From Chromatiales bacterium (lineage in GTDB: Bacteria > Pseudomonadota > Gammaproteobacteria > Steroidobacterales > Woeseiaceae), in NCBI GenBank assembly GCA_024679535.1, contig JAIBDF010000001.1, positions 21,748-85,747 of the forward strand: 64,000 nucleotides of DNA, written 5' to 3'. Shown piece after piece: positions 41,959 through 52,227 of the stretch; position 1 is the first letter of the stretch, and each line of letters opens with the position of its first letter. A model generated the notes under the pieces. It had not been told where the DNA came from. It was given only the letters and a program-made list of their open reading frames with translations, and made no database searches. A program made the position numbers and the translations under genes.

Positions 41959-43206
41959 ATGAACGGACTATTTGAAATGTGGATCGGCAGCCGCTACGTG
42001 CGTGCGCGCAGCCGCAACAGTTTCGTGTCGCTGATCTCGGCTATTTCAATGCTTGGCATTGCGATTGCCGTTCTCGTTCTGATCGTTGTGATGTCGGTTG
42101 TGAACGGTTTTGAACGGGAACTCAAGGATCGCCTTCTCGCGATGACCGCGCACGCCAGCATTGAAGAAGTCGATGGCAATCTGGCGGATGCAGAAATCCT
42201 GCGCGACGTCGCACTCGAAAATGCCCGTGTCAGTGCGGCGGCGCCCTACATCGACGGCAAGGCTTTGCTGGTTGCTGGCAAACAGTTGAGTGGCGCCGAG
42301 CTGCGCGGCATCGAGCCCAGACTCGAAGATACAGTGTCTGGAATTTCCGGTGTCATGCAGGACGGTTCTCTTGATGCCCTCCAGGCCGGTACGTTCAAAA
42401 TCGTGCTGGGTATAGAACTCGCTGAGGAGTTACAGGTTGCGGTGGGGGACAAAGTCACGGTGACGTTGGCGCAGGGCATGGTCACACCGGCCGGTGTCAT
42501 ACCCAGGACAAAGCGTTTTACCGTCAGCGGTATTTACCGGGTGGGGATGTACGAGTTCGACCGGCGGCTTGCGTTTATCAGTCTCGGTGACGCGCAACGC
42601 CTGTATCGCAAGAAGAATACCGTGACCGGCGTGCGTCTGGCCGTGACGGAGATCTACGCGGCGCCCGATATTGTCCGTGAAGTGGCTCGCGAGTATGGGG
42701 AACTGGTTCTTGTCAATGACTGGACCCGCCGTCATGTGAATTTCTTTCGATCAATTCAGATAACGAAATCGATCCTCTTCGTCATCCTGCTTATGGTTAT
42801 CGCCGTAGCGGCATTCAACATCGTGTCGACACTGGTCATGGTTGTGAAGGACAAGCAGAGCGACATCGCAATCCTGCGCACGATCGGCACGACGCCATCC
42901 AGTATTCTCAGGATTTTCATTACGCAGGGCAGCATCGTCGGTATTACGGGGACCTTGCTCGGTGTTGTTGGCGGTGTTGTTATTGCGCTGAATCTCGAAT
43001 CGATCGTCGGCTTCTTTGAAACGATATTCGGTATCAAGTTTCTGGCCGCCGATGTCTATTTCATCAGTGACCTGCCATCAGAACTGAAGGTTGGCGATGT
43101 CGTACGTATCGCGCTAATAGCGCTCGTGCTTGCGCTGGTTTCCACTTTGTATCCTGCCTGGGTCGCTGCGCGAACAGCCCCGGCGGAGGCCCTGAGATAT
43201 GACTAA
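41959..43206 (+). CDS. lolE: lipoprotein-releasing ABC transporter permease, LolC/LolE family (second paralog)
   Basis: Same architecture as the preceding gene ([13 protein letters not shown] ... PAEALRYD). ATG at 41959. Confidence 0.8.
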   Translation: MNGLFEMWIGSRYVRARSRNSFVSLISAISMLGIAIAVLVLIVVMSVVNGFERELKDRLLAMTAHASIEEVDGNLADAEILRDVALENARVSAAAPYIDGKALLVAGKQLSGAELRGIEPRLEDTVSGISGVMQDGSLDALQAGTFKIVLGIELAEELQVAVGDKVTVTLAQGMVTPAGVIPRTKRFTVSGIYRVGMYEFDRRLAFISLGDAQRLYRKKNTVTGVRLAVTEIYAAPDIVREVAREYGELVLVNDWTRRHVNFFRSIQITKSILFVILLMVIAVAAFNIVSTLVMVVKDKQSDIAILRTIGTTPSSILRIFITQGSIVGITGTLLGVVGGVVIALNLESIVGFFETIFGIKFLAADVYFISDLPSELKVGDVVRIALIALVLALVSTLYPAWVAARTAPAEALRYD

Positions 43207-43882
43207 CCCTGTTCTTGAGTGCCGCAATGTTGTGCGGGAATTCAGCGAAGGCGTAACGACGTTGCAAGTTCTTCGCGGTGTAAATCTGGCCGTGCAGCCA
43301 GCGGAGCGTGTCGCGATTATCGGCTCCTCGGGATCGGGAAAGACAACCCTGTTGCAGATCATGGGTGGTCTCGACGATCCCAGCGAAGGTGGGGTCCTGG
43401 TCAACGGTGCGGCGATGCACGGCACAACGGAAACAGCAAAGGGCGAATTGCGCAATCGCTACATCGGCTTCATATACCAGTTTCATCACCTGCTGCCGGA
43501 GTTCACTGCCGAGGAAAACGTGGCCATGCCGTTGCTGATTCGTCGGGAGTCCAGGCCGGCGGCATTTGAGGCGGCTCGCAGCCTGTTGGGTCGGGTCGGG
43601 TTGGGTGAGCGCCTGCATCATAAGCCAGGAGAGCTGTCGGGTGGCGAACGTCAGCGGGCGGCCGTGGCAAGGGCGCTCATTACGCGTCCGCAGTTAGTTC
43701 TGGCCGATGAGCCGACGGGCAACCTCGACTCAGGCAATGGCGAACATGTACTGGGGCTGATGCTGGAATTGAATGAGGAGTTGCAGACCAGCCTCGTCAT
43801 CGTAACGCACGATCATTCCATCGCTGCACGCATGGATCGCATTCTTGTGCTCGAGGATGGCATCCTCAAGGACTCAGCCTGA
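43199..43882 (+). CDS. lolD: lipoprotein-releasing system ATP-binding protein LolD
   Basis: 227 aa. Walker [10 protein letters not shown], signature LSGGERQR, Walker [13 protein letters not shown]. Confidence 0.9.
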   Translation: MTNPVLECRNVVREFSEGVTTLQVLRGVNLAVQPAERVAIIGSSGSGKTTLLQIMGGLDDPSEGGVLVNGAAMHGTTETAKGELRNRYIGFIYQFHHLLPEFTAEENVAMPLLIRRESRPAAFEAARSLLGRVGLGERLHHKPGELSGGERQRAAVARALITRPQLVLADEPTGNLDSGNGEHVLGLMLELNEELQTSLVIVTHDHSIAARMDRILVLEDGILKDSA

Positions 43883-44404
43883 GTCCTTGTTGCGGCGGTC
43901 CTTGCGTTTGCGTTCCTTGTATTTCGCGAGGGAACTGCGCCAAAGAATATCGAGCGTAGCGTAGCCGGCGATCGCGGCCGTCACCCCGAGTAACACACTG
44001 CCCAGCAGCATCGGTTGCCAGATGTTTACGAATGTATGCGTCAGCCAGTCCAGTGACGGCTCAAAAGCGAACGGCTGCAATTCCCAGCCCAGCAGGGCCG
44101 AACCGAGTTGGTACTCGAAGTAGTACATGGGGACCATGGTCGCCGGATTACTCACCCACGTTGCTGCTGCTGCGACGGGGATATTGACGCGGAATGCGAG
44201 CGCCAGCAGTACCGCGGCAAGCGTGTGCCCGAAGACGGGCATGAAGGCAATAAAGAGTCCGAGCGCGAAGGCGGGAACGACCCAGCGACGCTGCACACCC
44301 CATAGCCTGTGATCGTGGAGCAGGTGCCGAAACGGCAACATGAACCACTGCTTGGCGATGTGGTTGCGTTTGAAGGCGAATTTCTTAAAAACGCGTCTGG
44401 GCAT
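43874..44404 (-). CDS. DUF2062 domain membrane protein
   Basis: ATG 44404 (MPRRVFKKF) is preferred. [23 protein letters not shown] and [16 protein letters not shown] are typical of DUF2062. Same position as in the Pseudomonas lol-comEC region. Confidence 0.6.
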   Translation of the reverse strand: MPRRVFKKFAFKRNHIAKQWFMLPFRHLLHDHRLWGVQRRWVVPAFALGLFIAFMPVFGHTLAAVLLALAFRVNIPVAAAATWVSNPATMVPMYYFEYQLGSALLGWELQPFAFEPSLDWLTHTFVNIWQPMLLGSVLLGVTAAIAGYATLDILWRSSLAKYKERKRKDRRNKDSG

Positions 44405-44432
44405 TCCGGTGTTTCCGGGTTCATAATAAAAG

Positions 44433-46733
44433 TTGCTGACGTCGAGCGCCGCTTCCGTGACTAGAACCTGTCTCCTGCTATTGGCGGGCGGACTGGCCGC
44501 GCAGCATAGCACGCTGCTGCTACCGTCGGACCAGTCCCGATTGCTGTTGGTTGCAACTTTATTACTATTGCTCGCGCGCCGGGGGCGGGCTGTGGCGATG
44601 TTCCTCGGAGGCTATGCGCTGTTCATGCTGGCAAGCGGGGACATCATTGGGAAACGGCTGCTGGCAGACTATGCCGGCGACAGCATGCTGGCGCGAGTAC
44701 GCGTGCTCGACTTTCCGAAGGCGACCGGAGATTCGATCGTTTTTCTCATTGAGTCGGTGGACGATCCTCGAGTGCCCGCCCGTGTACGCGTCAGCTGGTT
44801 TAGCCCGCCACGCGCTCCGGCGATCGGAGAAATCTGGGAGCTTGAATTGCGGCTGCAAGTACCGCGCGGCACCAGCAATCCAGGCGTATTTGACTACGAG
44901 TCGTGGCTGTTTAGAGAGAAAATTCACGCGACTGGCTACGTGGTCGGCGGTAAGCGCAACCGCCTGCTGTGGTCCGGCACCAGCTCAGCTCTTGATCGCT
45001 TCAGGCAACGGTTTGCCGCGCGCGCCCTGGATGCCGCGGCATCCACCGAGACGGCCGGCGTGCTGGCGGCGGTGGGTGTGGGCCTGCGCCACCAGATTTC
45101 ACGTGAGCAGTGGGACCGGTTTGCGGTCTCAGGGACCAGTCACCTGATGGCCATCTCGGGCCTGCACGTCGGACTCGCGGCGCTCGCATCGTTCCTGGTT
45201 GTCTTTGTCTTGCTCGGAGTCCTCCCGGGGCACAGGAACACCTACGTTGCGGCGATCATCGCCGGACTCGGATTCGCGCTGGCGTACGCGGTTGTATCGG
45301 GGTTGGGTGTTCCAGCAAGACGGGCCGTCATCATGCTTGGAGTTGCCGCACTCGCCGTGTCGAGACGGCGGCAGGTCGCTCCTGTCGCGGCTGTCTCACT
45401 TGCGGCCGCGCTGGTCTACATTCTCGATCCCGTCGCAACGATGCGCCCCGGCTTTGATCTTTCCTTTGCAGCGGTCGTGCTGTTGTTGTGGCTGGCAAAA
45501 CGCGGGCGCGACCCGTCGGTGATCCCGCGGTGGCTCGACGCGCCACGGCAGCTGCTGATCATGCAGGTGTTCCTGTTGTTTGGCCTGTTACCACTAACCG
45601 CGCTTATGTTTCAGCGCTTCGCCATTGTTGCCACTCCCGTCAACCTGGTAGCCGTGCCGGTCTTCAGCTTTGTATCGGTTCCGCTCACGTTGGCGGCGTT
45701 GGTCGTTGGAGATCTGTCAGAAGGACTGGCCGGCAACCTGCTGGCGATCGCAGCCCAGACTATTGACGCACTCGACCGCTACATCGAGTTCATGGCGAGC
45801 CTGCCAATGGCGGACCTGAGGCTGGCGGCATTCGGCGGTGGCAGTGTGCTGTTGCTGTGCCTGCCGCTGGCATGGGTGCTCTTTCCGCCAGGTTGGCCTG
45901 GGCGGTCTCTGGCGCTTCTGGGTATTCTCGCGATCGTGACGTGGCGACCGCCCGCGCCGCCGGCCGGCTGCTTCGATACCTGGATTCTGGATGTGGGCCA
46001 GGGGCTGGCCGTCGCGGTCCAGACGCACGCAGGCGTGATGCTGTTCGATACGGGCATGGCCTGGCGTGGCGGCGGCAGTGCGGCAGAGCAGAGCATTGTG
46101 CCGTTTCTGCGCGCGCGTGGCCTGCGTCATGTGAACCAGCTCGTCATTTCGCACGGGGATCTCGATCACAGTGGCGGAGTGGAGTCCATCCGGCGTGAGA
46201 TTGGCGTCGGTCACGTGCTTGCGGGAGAGCAAAGTGACCGTTTCGCGAGCAGCCGATGTCGGGCCGGGCAGTACTGGGAATCGGCAGGCATCCGGTTTGA
46301 GGTCCTGCACCCGGCGCGATCGTCCTCGGCGGCAGGCAATGCAGCATCCTGCGTCGTACGTGTCTCAGCTGGCCCCTACGGCATGCTCCTTACCGGTGAC
46401 ATCGAGGCCAGCTCCGAATACCGGTTAGTCCGCAACGGGGCGTCTGTGGCGAGCGACATCGTGGTTGTGCCGCATCACGGCAGCTTGACGTCATCGACGG
46501 TGCCATTCGCCGACTCGGTACGGCCTTCCTATGCCGTGGTATCCGCGGGGTACAGCAATCGTTGGGGATTTCCAAAGCCGCTCGTTGTCGACCGCTGGCG
46601 TGCCGTGGGCGCCACGGTGATCAATACCGCATCGAGTGGCGCGATCCATTTTCGTGTCTGCAGCCGTGGCGGCATCGTCGCCATGAGTCGGGAACGCCAA
46701 CTTCGTCACCGTTTCTGGCATGCCCGACGTTGA
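44433..46733 (+). CDS. comEC: DNA internalization-related competence protein ComEC/Rec2
   Basis: 766 aa. Polytopic competence domain plus a C-terminal metallo-beta-lactamase domain (ISHGDLDHSGG, VVPHHGS). The start codon is uncertain (TTG 44433). Confidence 0.85.
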   Translation: MLTSSAASVTRTCLLLLAGGLAAQHSTLLLPSDQSRLLLVATLLLLLARRGRAVAMFLGGYALFMLASGDIIGKRLLADYAGDSMLARVRVLDFPKATGDSIVFLIESVDDPRVPARVRVSWFSPPRAPAIGEIWELELRLQVPRGTSNPGVFDYESWLFREKIHATGYVVGGKRNRLLWSGTSSALDRFRQRFAARALDAAASTETAGVLAAVGVGLRHQISREQWDRFAVSGTSHLMAISGLHVGLAALASFLVVFVLLGVLPGHRNTYVAAIIAGLGFALAYAVVSGLGVPARRAVIMLGVAALAVSRRRQVAPVAAVSLAAALVYILDPVATMRPGFDLSFAAVVLLLWLAKRGRDPSVIPRWLDAPRQLLIMQVFLLFGLLPLTALMFQRFAIVATPVNLVAVPVFSFVSVPLTLAALVVGDLSEGLAGNLLAIAAQTIDALDRYIEFMASLPMADLRLAAFGGGSVLLLCLPLAWVLFPPGWPGRSLALLGILAIVTWRPPAPPAGCFDTWILDVGQGLAVAVQTHAGVMLFDTGMAWRGGGSAAEQSIVPFLRARGLRHVNQLVISHGDLDHSGGVESIRREIGVGHVLAGEQSDRFASSRCRAGQYWESAGIRFEVLHPARSSSAAGNAASCVVRVSAGPYGMLLTGDIEASSEYRLVRNGASVASDIVVVPHHGSLTSSTVPFADSVRPSYAVVSAGYSNRWGFPKPLVVDRWRAVGATVINTASSGAIHFRVCSRGGIVAMSRERQLRHRFWHARR

Positions 46734-46776
46734 ATACTGTTGTATATTTCATTTTTCGCATTGGGTCTGGTTTTTT

Positions 46777-47421
46777 ATGGTTGAGATAGTCAAATCCGGC
46801 GGCTGGCTGATGTTGCCGATTATCCTCTGCGCGATCATCGCAATGGGGATCATCCTCGAGCGTTTCTGGACGCTGCAGCAAAAACGGGTCATCCCGGAGG
46901 ATCTGACCAGCAAAGTCTGGGGCTGGGTCAAGAAAGACCAGCTGGATCAGAAACAGATCCAGACCCTGCACCAGGGTTCGGCACTCGGTCAGATCCTGGC
47001 CGCGGGCCTGATAAATCGCGATCGCGATCGACTGGTGCTCAAGGATTCAATCGAGGATACCGGGCGTCATGTTGTGCACGAACTGGAGCGCTACCTGGAG
47101 ACACTGGGAACGGTTGCGGCCGTGACGCCACTACTGGGTCTGCTGGGAACGGTCATCGGTATGGTAAAAGTGTTTACGGCGATCACTACGCATGGCGTGG
47201 GCAACCCGACCGTCCTGGCCGGCGGTATCGCGGAGGCCCTGATCACGACGGCTGCAGGCCTGACCGTAGCCATCCCGGCGCTGATCGGTTATCGCTACTA
47301 CCGCTCACGTGTTGACACTCTGGTGGTCGACATGGAGAAGGAGGCCATCAAGCTTGTCGAAGCGCTGCATCGCCGCAATGAACGGGATGACCAGGGTCAG
47401 GGCAGGAAGGACGATGCATGA
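46777..47421 (+). CDS. exbB: MotA/TolQ/ExbB-family proton channel protein
   Basis: ATG 46777 is preferred. 3 TM helices. LGTVAAVTPLLGLLGTVIGM and GIAEALITTAAGLTVAIPA are family signatures. Confidence 0.85.
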   Translation: MVEIVKSGGWLMLPIILCAIIAMGIILERFWTLQQKRVIPEDLTSKVWGWVKKDQLDQKQIQTLHQGSALGQILAAGLINRDRDRLVLKDSIEDTGRHVVHELERYLETLGTVAAVTPLLGLLGTVIGMVKVFTAITTHGVGNPTVLAGGIAEALITTAAGLTVAIPALIGYRYYRSRVDTLVVDMEKEAIKLVEALHRRNERDDQGQGRKDDA

Positions 47422-47840
47422 AACTTAGCTTGCGGCAACGCACGCAGCCGGAAGTTAACCTGACGTCGCTCATCGATGTCGTGTTGTTGCTGTTGATCTT
47501 CTTCATGGTGTCGACGAGCTTCGTCAAGCAGTCGCAGATCACCATTCGACTGCCAGAGGCGGAAAGCACAGCCATCGTTGAAGAAGTGCCGGAGCAAATC
47601 GATATCATGATTACGGCAACCGGAATGTATCTTGTCAACGGGCGAGAGCTCATCAACAATCGCGCAGAGACCATCAGGAATGCGCTGCAGAAAACGTCCG
47701 GTGGCAACAACAATTTGCCCTTGACGATCAGTGCCGATGCCAACGCCAAACATCAGGACGTTATCACGGCCATGGACGTTGCAGGCAGACTCGGTTTTAC
47801 CCAGATAAGTATCGCAACGGTCAACGATCCGGTTGAGTGA
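47418..47840 (+). CDS. exbD: ExbD/TolR-family biopolymer transport protein
   Basis: 140 aa. NLTSLIDVVLLLLIFFMV TM segment with the conserved Asp. ATGA overlap with exbB. Confidence 0.85.
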   Translation: MKLSLRQRTQPEVNLTSLIDVVLLLLIFFMVSTSFVKQSQITIRLPEAESTAIVEEVPEQIDIMITATGMYLVNGRELINNRAETIRNALQKTSGGNNNLPLTISADANAKHQDVITAMDVAGRLGFTQISIATVNDPVE

Positions 47841-49605
47841 CGTGAATAAATCCATTGGTCCCGAGGTTAAGGTCGTTTACGGCCGCCTGTGGCGATACGT
47901 AACACCGCACAAGCTGATCGGCTTCATCGCGGTTATCGGCATGGCTGCCACGGCAGCCATTGAGGCAGCGCTCGTCTACCTGCTGCAACCGTTAATGGAT
48001 GACGCTCTGGTTGCCAAGAATCTCGAGCAGGCCCAATGGATACCGATCGCGTTCATGGGCATTTTCGTGTTGCGTGGCCTGTCTGGCTTCGCGACGGAAA
48101 TGTCGCTGGGATGGATCGGGCGGCGCGTCATTTCCGATCTGCGCTGCCACGTGTTCGATAAGTTCCTGACTTTACCCATCCGCTTCTTCGACTCGCAGGC
48201 AGCAGGGCCGCTTTTGTCGCGTATGACATACAACGTGGAAATGGTGGCGGAGTCCGTGACCAGCGTCGTAACGATTGCGGTGCGCGATACGCTGACGGTC
48301 ATTGCGGCATTCGGGGTGATGATCTACCACAGCCCGACATTGACCATCTTCGTTGCCATCCTGTTCCCCATCGTCGCAGTGATCGTGCGTCTGCTTGGCG
48401 TTGCTTTCAGGCGTTATAGCAGTCGCATTCAGGATTCGGTTGGCGACGTGACGCAGGTTAGTGACGAGGTCATTCGTGGCAATTGGGTCGTCAAGGCATT
48501 TGGCGGTTACAAGTACGAACGCGATCGTTTTGCCGAAGCTGACGGCCGTAATTTCAAACAGAACATGAAACTAATTCGCGTGCGCTCGCTCGGGGTGGCC
48601 GTGACGCAGGTCGTCTTCGGCTTCGGTATCGCCCTGGTGATTTACTTGGCTGGCCGGCAATCAATCGAGGGCGTGCTTAGTCCGGGACAGTTCATTTCAT
48701 TCTTCTCGGCCATGATGTTGATGCTGCAACCCGTACGCCGCATAACAAATGTGAATGCCACCCTGCAACGCGGCGTCGCTGCGGCCGACAGTTTGTTCAT
48801 GATTCTTGACCAGGAGAATGAGCAGGACAAGGGGCGCTTCGAGAAAGAACGTGCAGATGGCGACGTCGTGTTTGACCACATTGACTTCACGTACGGAGAC
48901 GCTGAGGATCCGGTCATCAGAGACCTGCGCGTGGAGGTGGCGGCGGGAAGCACCCTCGCGATCGTCGGTCATTCCGGCAGCGGCAAGTCCACACTCGTCA
49001 GCCTCCTGCCACGCTTCTACGACGTCGACGCAGGTGAGATACGTCTTGATGGCATTCCCATCACTGAATATTCGTTAGCGAGCCTGAGGAACAACATCAG
49101 TGTCGTCAGTCAGGATGTCGTACTGTTCAACGATACGATTCGCGCCAACCTCGCTTACGGACAACTCGAGCCGCCGTCAGAAGAGGAACTGCTCAAGGCC
49201 GCCGAAGCCGCGCATGTTCTTGAGTTCGTCAATGACCTTCCGCTGGGGCTGGATACGATCGTTGGCGACCGTGGGGTGTTGCTTTCGGGCGGTCAGCGAC
49301 AACGCATCGCGATTGGCCGCGCGCTGCTGAAAAATGCGCCGGTGCTGATCCTCGACGAGGCAACATCGGCTCTCGATACGCATTCGGAGCGCCGCATTCA
49401 GGATGCACTGAACGCATTGATGGAAAACCGCACCACACTGGTAATCGCGCATCGCCTGTCGACAGTGGAGAAGGCCGACCGGATTATCGTGCTCGACGCG
49501 GGACGCATCGTCGAGTCGGGCAACCATGCCCAGCTGCTTGCAAAGAACGGACACTATGCAGCGTTGTACCGCATGCAATTCAGCGAAGAGACGCAGGACG
49601 AGTGA
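47833..49605 (+). CDS. msbA: lipid A export ATP-binding/permease protein MsbA
   Basis: 590 aa. 6-TM ABC exporter domain plus an NBD (GHSGSGKST, LSGGQRQR, ILDEATSALD). Lies upstream of lpxK. Start is TTG 47833 or GTG 47842. Confidence 0.85.
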   Translation: MSDVNKSIGPEVKVVYGRLWRYVTPHKLIGFIAVIGMAATAAIEAALVYLLQPLMDDALVAKNLEQAQWIPIAFMGIFVLRGLSGFATEMSLGWIGRRVISDLRCHVFDKFLTLPIRFFDSQAAGPLLSRMTYNVEMVAESVTSVVTIAVRDTLTVIAAFGVMIYHSPTLTIFVAILFPIVAVIVRLLGVAFRRYSSRIQDSVGDVTQVSDEVIRGNWVVKAFGGYKYERDRFAEADGRNFKQNMKLIRVRSLGVAVTQVVFGFGIALVIYLAGRQSIEGVLSPGQFISFFSAMMLMLQPVRRITNVNATLQRGVAAADSLFMILDQENEQDKGRFEKERADGDVVFDHIDFTYGDAEDPVIRDLRVEVAAGSTLAIVGHSGSGKSTLVSLLPRFYDVDAGEIRLDGIPITEYSLASLRNNISVVSQDVVLFNDTIRANLAYGQLEPPSEEELLKAAEAAHVLEFVNDLPLGLDTIVGDRGVLLSGGQRQRIAIGRALLKNAPVLILDEATSALDTHSERRIQDALNALMENRTTLVIAHRLSTVEKADRIIVLDAGRIVESGNHAQLLAKNGHYAALYRMQFSEETQDE

Positions 49606-50642
49606 GCGCCGGCCCGGTTTATGCCTGGATTCATCGCGCCTGGTATGAGGACGCGCCGTCGGGCTGGTTGCTACTGCCCCTGAGCGGACTCTACTGGCTG
49701 GTTCTCTACGTGACGCGACTATTGCGCGCCTGTGGCGTACTCCGCACGCACAAGGCAGCCGTGCCCGTCGTGATTGTCGGCAATATCACCGCTGGGGGAA
49801 CAGGCAAGACGCCAACCGTGCTTTGGCTGGTGCAGGAGCTTCGAGCTCGCGGTTTCAGTCCCGGCATCGTGAGTCGCGGCTATGGCGGCAGTAAGGCGGA
49901 TTCCTCCATGCGCGTGGAGCCTGATACAGACGCAGCGGTCGCGGGTGACGAACCCGTACTGCTGGCCAAACGCGGCCAATGCCCTGTGGTTGTCGACCCG
50001 GATCGCGTGCGCGCGGCGCAAATGCTTGTTGACGACGGTGTAGATGTCATCGTTGCCGACGATGGTTTGCAGCACTATCGACTGGACCGCGACTATGAGA
50101 TTTGCGTGATCGATGGCGCGCGGGGCCTCGGAAACAGGCGGCTACTGCCGTCCGGGCCGCTGCGTGAAAGTGCCCGGCGCCTCGAGAGCGTAGAGCAGGT
50201 GCTGGTAAACGGGGAGCTGCGGGGATCCGAGTACGAGCTGACGACAGGCGAGCAGAATGCAATTTCCTTCGAACTCGTCGCGACCGACGTCTGCCGGCTG
50301 AATGGCTCGCTGGCGCGGCCCATAGGGCGCTTTGCCGGAACCACCGTGCATGCTGTTGCGGCAATAGGCAATCCACGCCGTTTCTTTGATTTATTGCGTG
50401 CGCAGAATATCCAGGTCATTGAGCATGTTTTCCCCGATCATGCTGTCCTTGCACGCAAGGACTTCGAGTTCGGTGATGATTTCGACGTCTTCATGACGGA
50501 GAAGGATGCCGTTAAACTGCGGCGCGATGTAACAGACAAACTCTGGTATGTACCCGTGAATCTCAGTATGGACCCGGTGCTTGCGGCACCGCTTATCGAA
50601 CAGATTGAATCGCGCCTGCGGACGGGGCAGGATGTCGCATGA
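49602..50642 (+). CDS. lpxK: tetraacyldisaccharide 4'-kinase
   Basis: 346 aa. P-loop GNITAGGTGKTP. The GTG start overlaps the msbA stop. Confidence 0.9.
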   Translation: MSAGPVYAWIHRAWYEDAPSGWLLLPLSGLYWLVLYVTRLLRACGVLRTHKAAVPVVIVGNITAGGTGKTPTVLWLVQELRARGFSPGIVSRGYGGSKADSSMRVEPDTDAAVAGDEPVLLAKRGQCPVVVDPDRVRAAQMLVDDGVDVIVADDGLQHYRLDRDYEICVIDGARGLGNRRLLPSGPLRESARRLESVEQVLVNGELRGSEYELTTGEQNAISFELVATDVCRLNGSLARPIGRFAGTTVHAVAAIGNPRRFFDLLRAQNIQVIEHVFPDHAVLARKDFEFGDDFDVFMTEKDAVKLRRDVTDKLWYVPVNLSMDPVLAAPLIEQIESRLRTGQDVA

Positions 50643-51382
50643 CCGCATTCGTCGTAGTTATTCCCGCTCGCTACGCGTCGACCCGTCTGCCCGGTAAGGC
50701 TTTGCTCGATATTCATGGCAAGCCGATGCTGCAACACGTCTACGAACGGGGCATCGAGAGCGGCGCCAGCGAAGTGGTGATCGCCACGGATGACGAGCGC
50801 ATTGCGGCAGCTGCGGAGGCATTTGATGCCGTTGTCTGCATGACCGGCGATCATCATCAGTCAGGTACCGAGCGTATCGCGGAAGTGGCGGACCTGCTGA
50901 ACTGGAACGACACTCAGGTCGTCGTTAATTTACAGGGTGACGAACCGGCCATGCCGCCAGAGCTTATCGATCAGTGCGCTGCATTGCTCGATGATGCGAA
51001 CGTGGATATCGCTACCCTCGCTTCGCCATTTCTTTCGCAACAGGACTTTCAGAATCCCAACTGCGTAAAGGTCATCCGCAACATTCTCGATCATGCGATC
51101 TACTTCAGCCGTGCGGCGATTCCGTATCCGCGAGACGCGAGCAGCGATAAACGTGCCGCCAGGGCGGCGCTGCACCACCATGGTATCTATGCGTATCGTT
51201 GCGGCGTTCTACGCGCCTTTGTTGATGCTTCACCCTCTGAGCTTGAGGTTTGCGAGCAGTTGGAGCAGTTGCGCGCGCTGTCGCTCGGCATGACGATCGC
51301 CGTTGGTGTGCCTGCCGTCAGGCCGGGCACCGGTATCGATACGCCGGAGGACCTGGAGCGGGCCCGTCAGGAGAAACCATGA
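50639..51382 (+). CDS. kdsB: 3-deoxy-manno-octulosonate cytidylyltransferase (CMP-KDO synthetase)
   Basis: 247 aa. VIPARYASTRLPGK and NLQGDEP motifs. ATGA overlap with lpxK. Confidence 0.93.
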   Translation: MTAFVVVIPARYASTRLPGKALLDIHGKPMLQHVYERGIESGASEVVIATDDERIAAAAEAFDAVVCMTGDHHQSGTERIAEVADLLNWNDTQVVVNLQGDEPAMPPELIDQCAALLDDANVDIATLASPFLSQQDFQNPNCVKVIRNILDHAIYFSRAAIPYPRDASSDKRAARAALHHHGIYAYRCGVLRAFVDASPSELEVCEQLEQLRALSLGMTIAVGVPAVRPGTGIDTPEDLERARQEKP

Positions 51383-52227
51383 CCCACGATAGCAAGCCGT
51401 TGGACCAACGCGAGGTCGACGAAACGGGGATTCACTGGGATCAGGATATGAGCTACGACTCATACCTGTCGCTGGACAAATTGCTGGATAGTCAGAAGCT
51501 CGTTACCGGTGCGCACGATGAAATGATGTTCGTGATCATTCATCAGGCCTCCGAACTGTGGATGAAGCTTTGTATCCACGAAATCGGCGCGGCCATGCGT
51601 GAAGTTGAAAACGATAATCTGGGTGCCGTCTTCAAGATGCTGTCACGCGTGTCTCGTATCCAGGGGCAACTGCGACAAAGCTGGGCAGTGCTTTCTACCA
51701 TGACACCGGCGGACTACCTTGCCTTCCGCGATGATCTCGGACAAAGCTCGGGCTTTCAGTCCTTTCAGTATCGCGAGATCGAATTCGCATTAGGCAACAA
51801 GAACGCGGCACTTATCGAAGTGCACCGCAAGAATCCGCAGCGCTATGCACGTCTGCGCGAGGTTCTGCATGCCCCGAGCTTTTATGATCTGTGCCTGGGT
51901 CAGCTTGGGAAAAAAGGTTTCGATATTCCGTCGGACTATCTGGACCGTGACTGGTCGCAGCCTTACGCACCCAGCAAAGCAGTCGAGGCGGCCTGGGCCC
52001 GGGTATATTCTGATCCGTCGAAATACTGGGACTTGTATGAACTGGCGGAAAAACTCATCGATCTCGAACAGGAGTTCGCCATGTGGCGCTTCAGCCACAT
52101 GAAGACCGTGGAACGCATTATTGGATACCGGCAGGGTACCGGCGGCACCAGCGGCGTCGCGTTCCTTGAGAAGGCGCTCAAGCTGCGCTTTTTCCCCGAA
52201 CTCTGGACAGTCAGGTCTGAGCTGTAG
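51379..52227 (+). CDS. kynA: tryptophan 2,3-dioxygenase
   Basis: ATG 51379 (ATGA overlap with the kdsB stop), 282 aa. HDEMMFVIIHQASELWMKL, GFQSFQYREIEFALGNKN, WRFSHMKTVERIIG (proximal His context) and GTGGTSGVAFL. The track start at 51250 is rejected. Confidence 0.88.
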   Translation: MTHDSKPLDQREVDETGIHWDQDMSYDSYLSLDKLLDSQKLVTGAHDEMMFVIIHQASELWMKLCIHEIGAAMREVENDNLGAVFKMLSRVSRIQGQLRQSWAVLSTMTPADYLAFRDDLGQSSGFQSFQYREIEFALGNKNAALIEVHRKNPQRYARLREVLHAPSFYDLCLGQLGKKGFDIPSDYLDRDWSQPYAPSKAVEAAWARVYSDPSKYWDLYELAEKLIDLEQEFAMWRFSHMKTVERIIGYRQGTGGTSGVAFLEKALKLRFFPELWTVRSEL

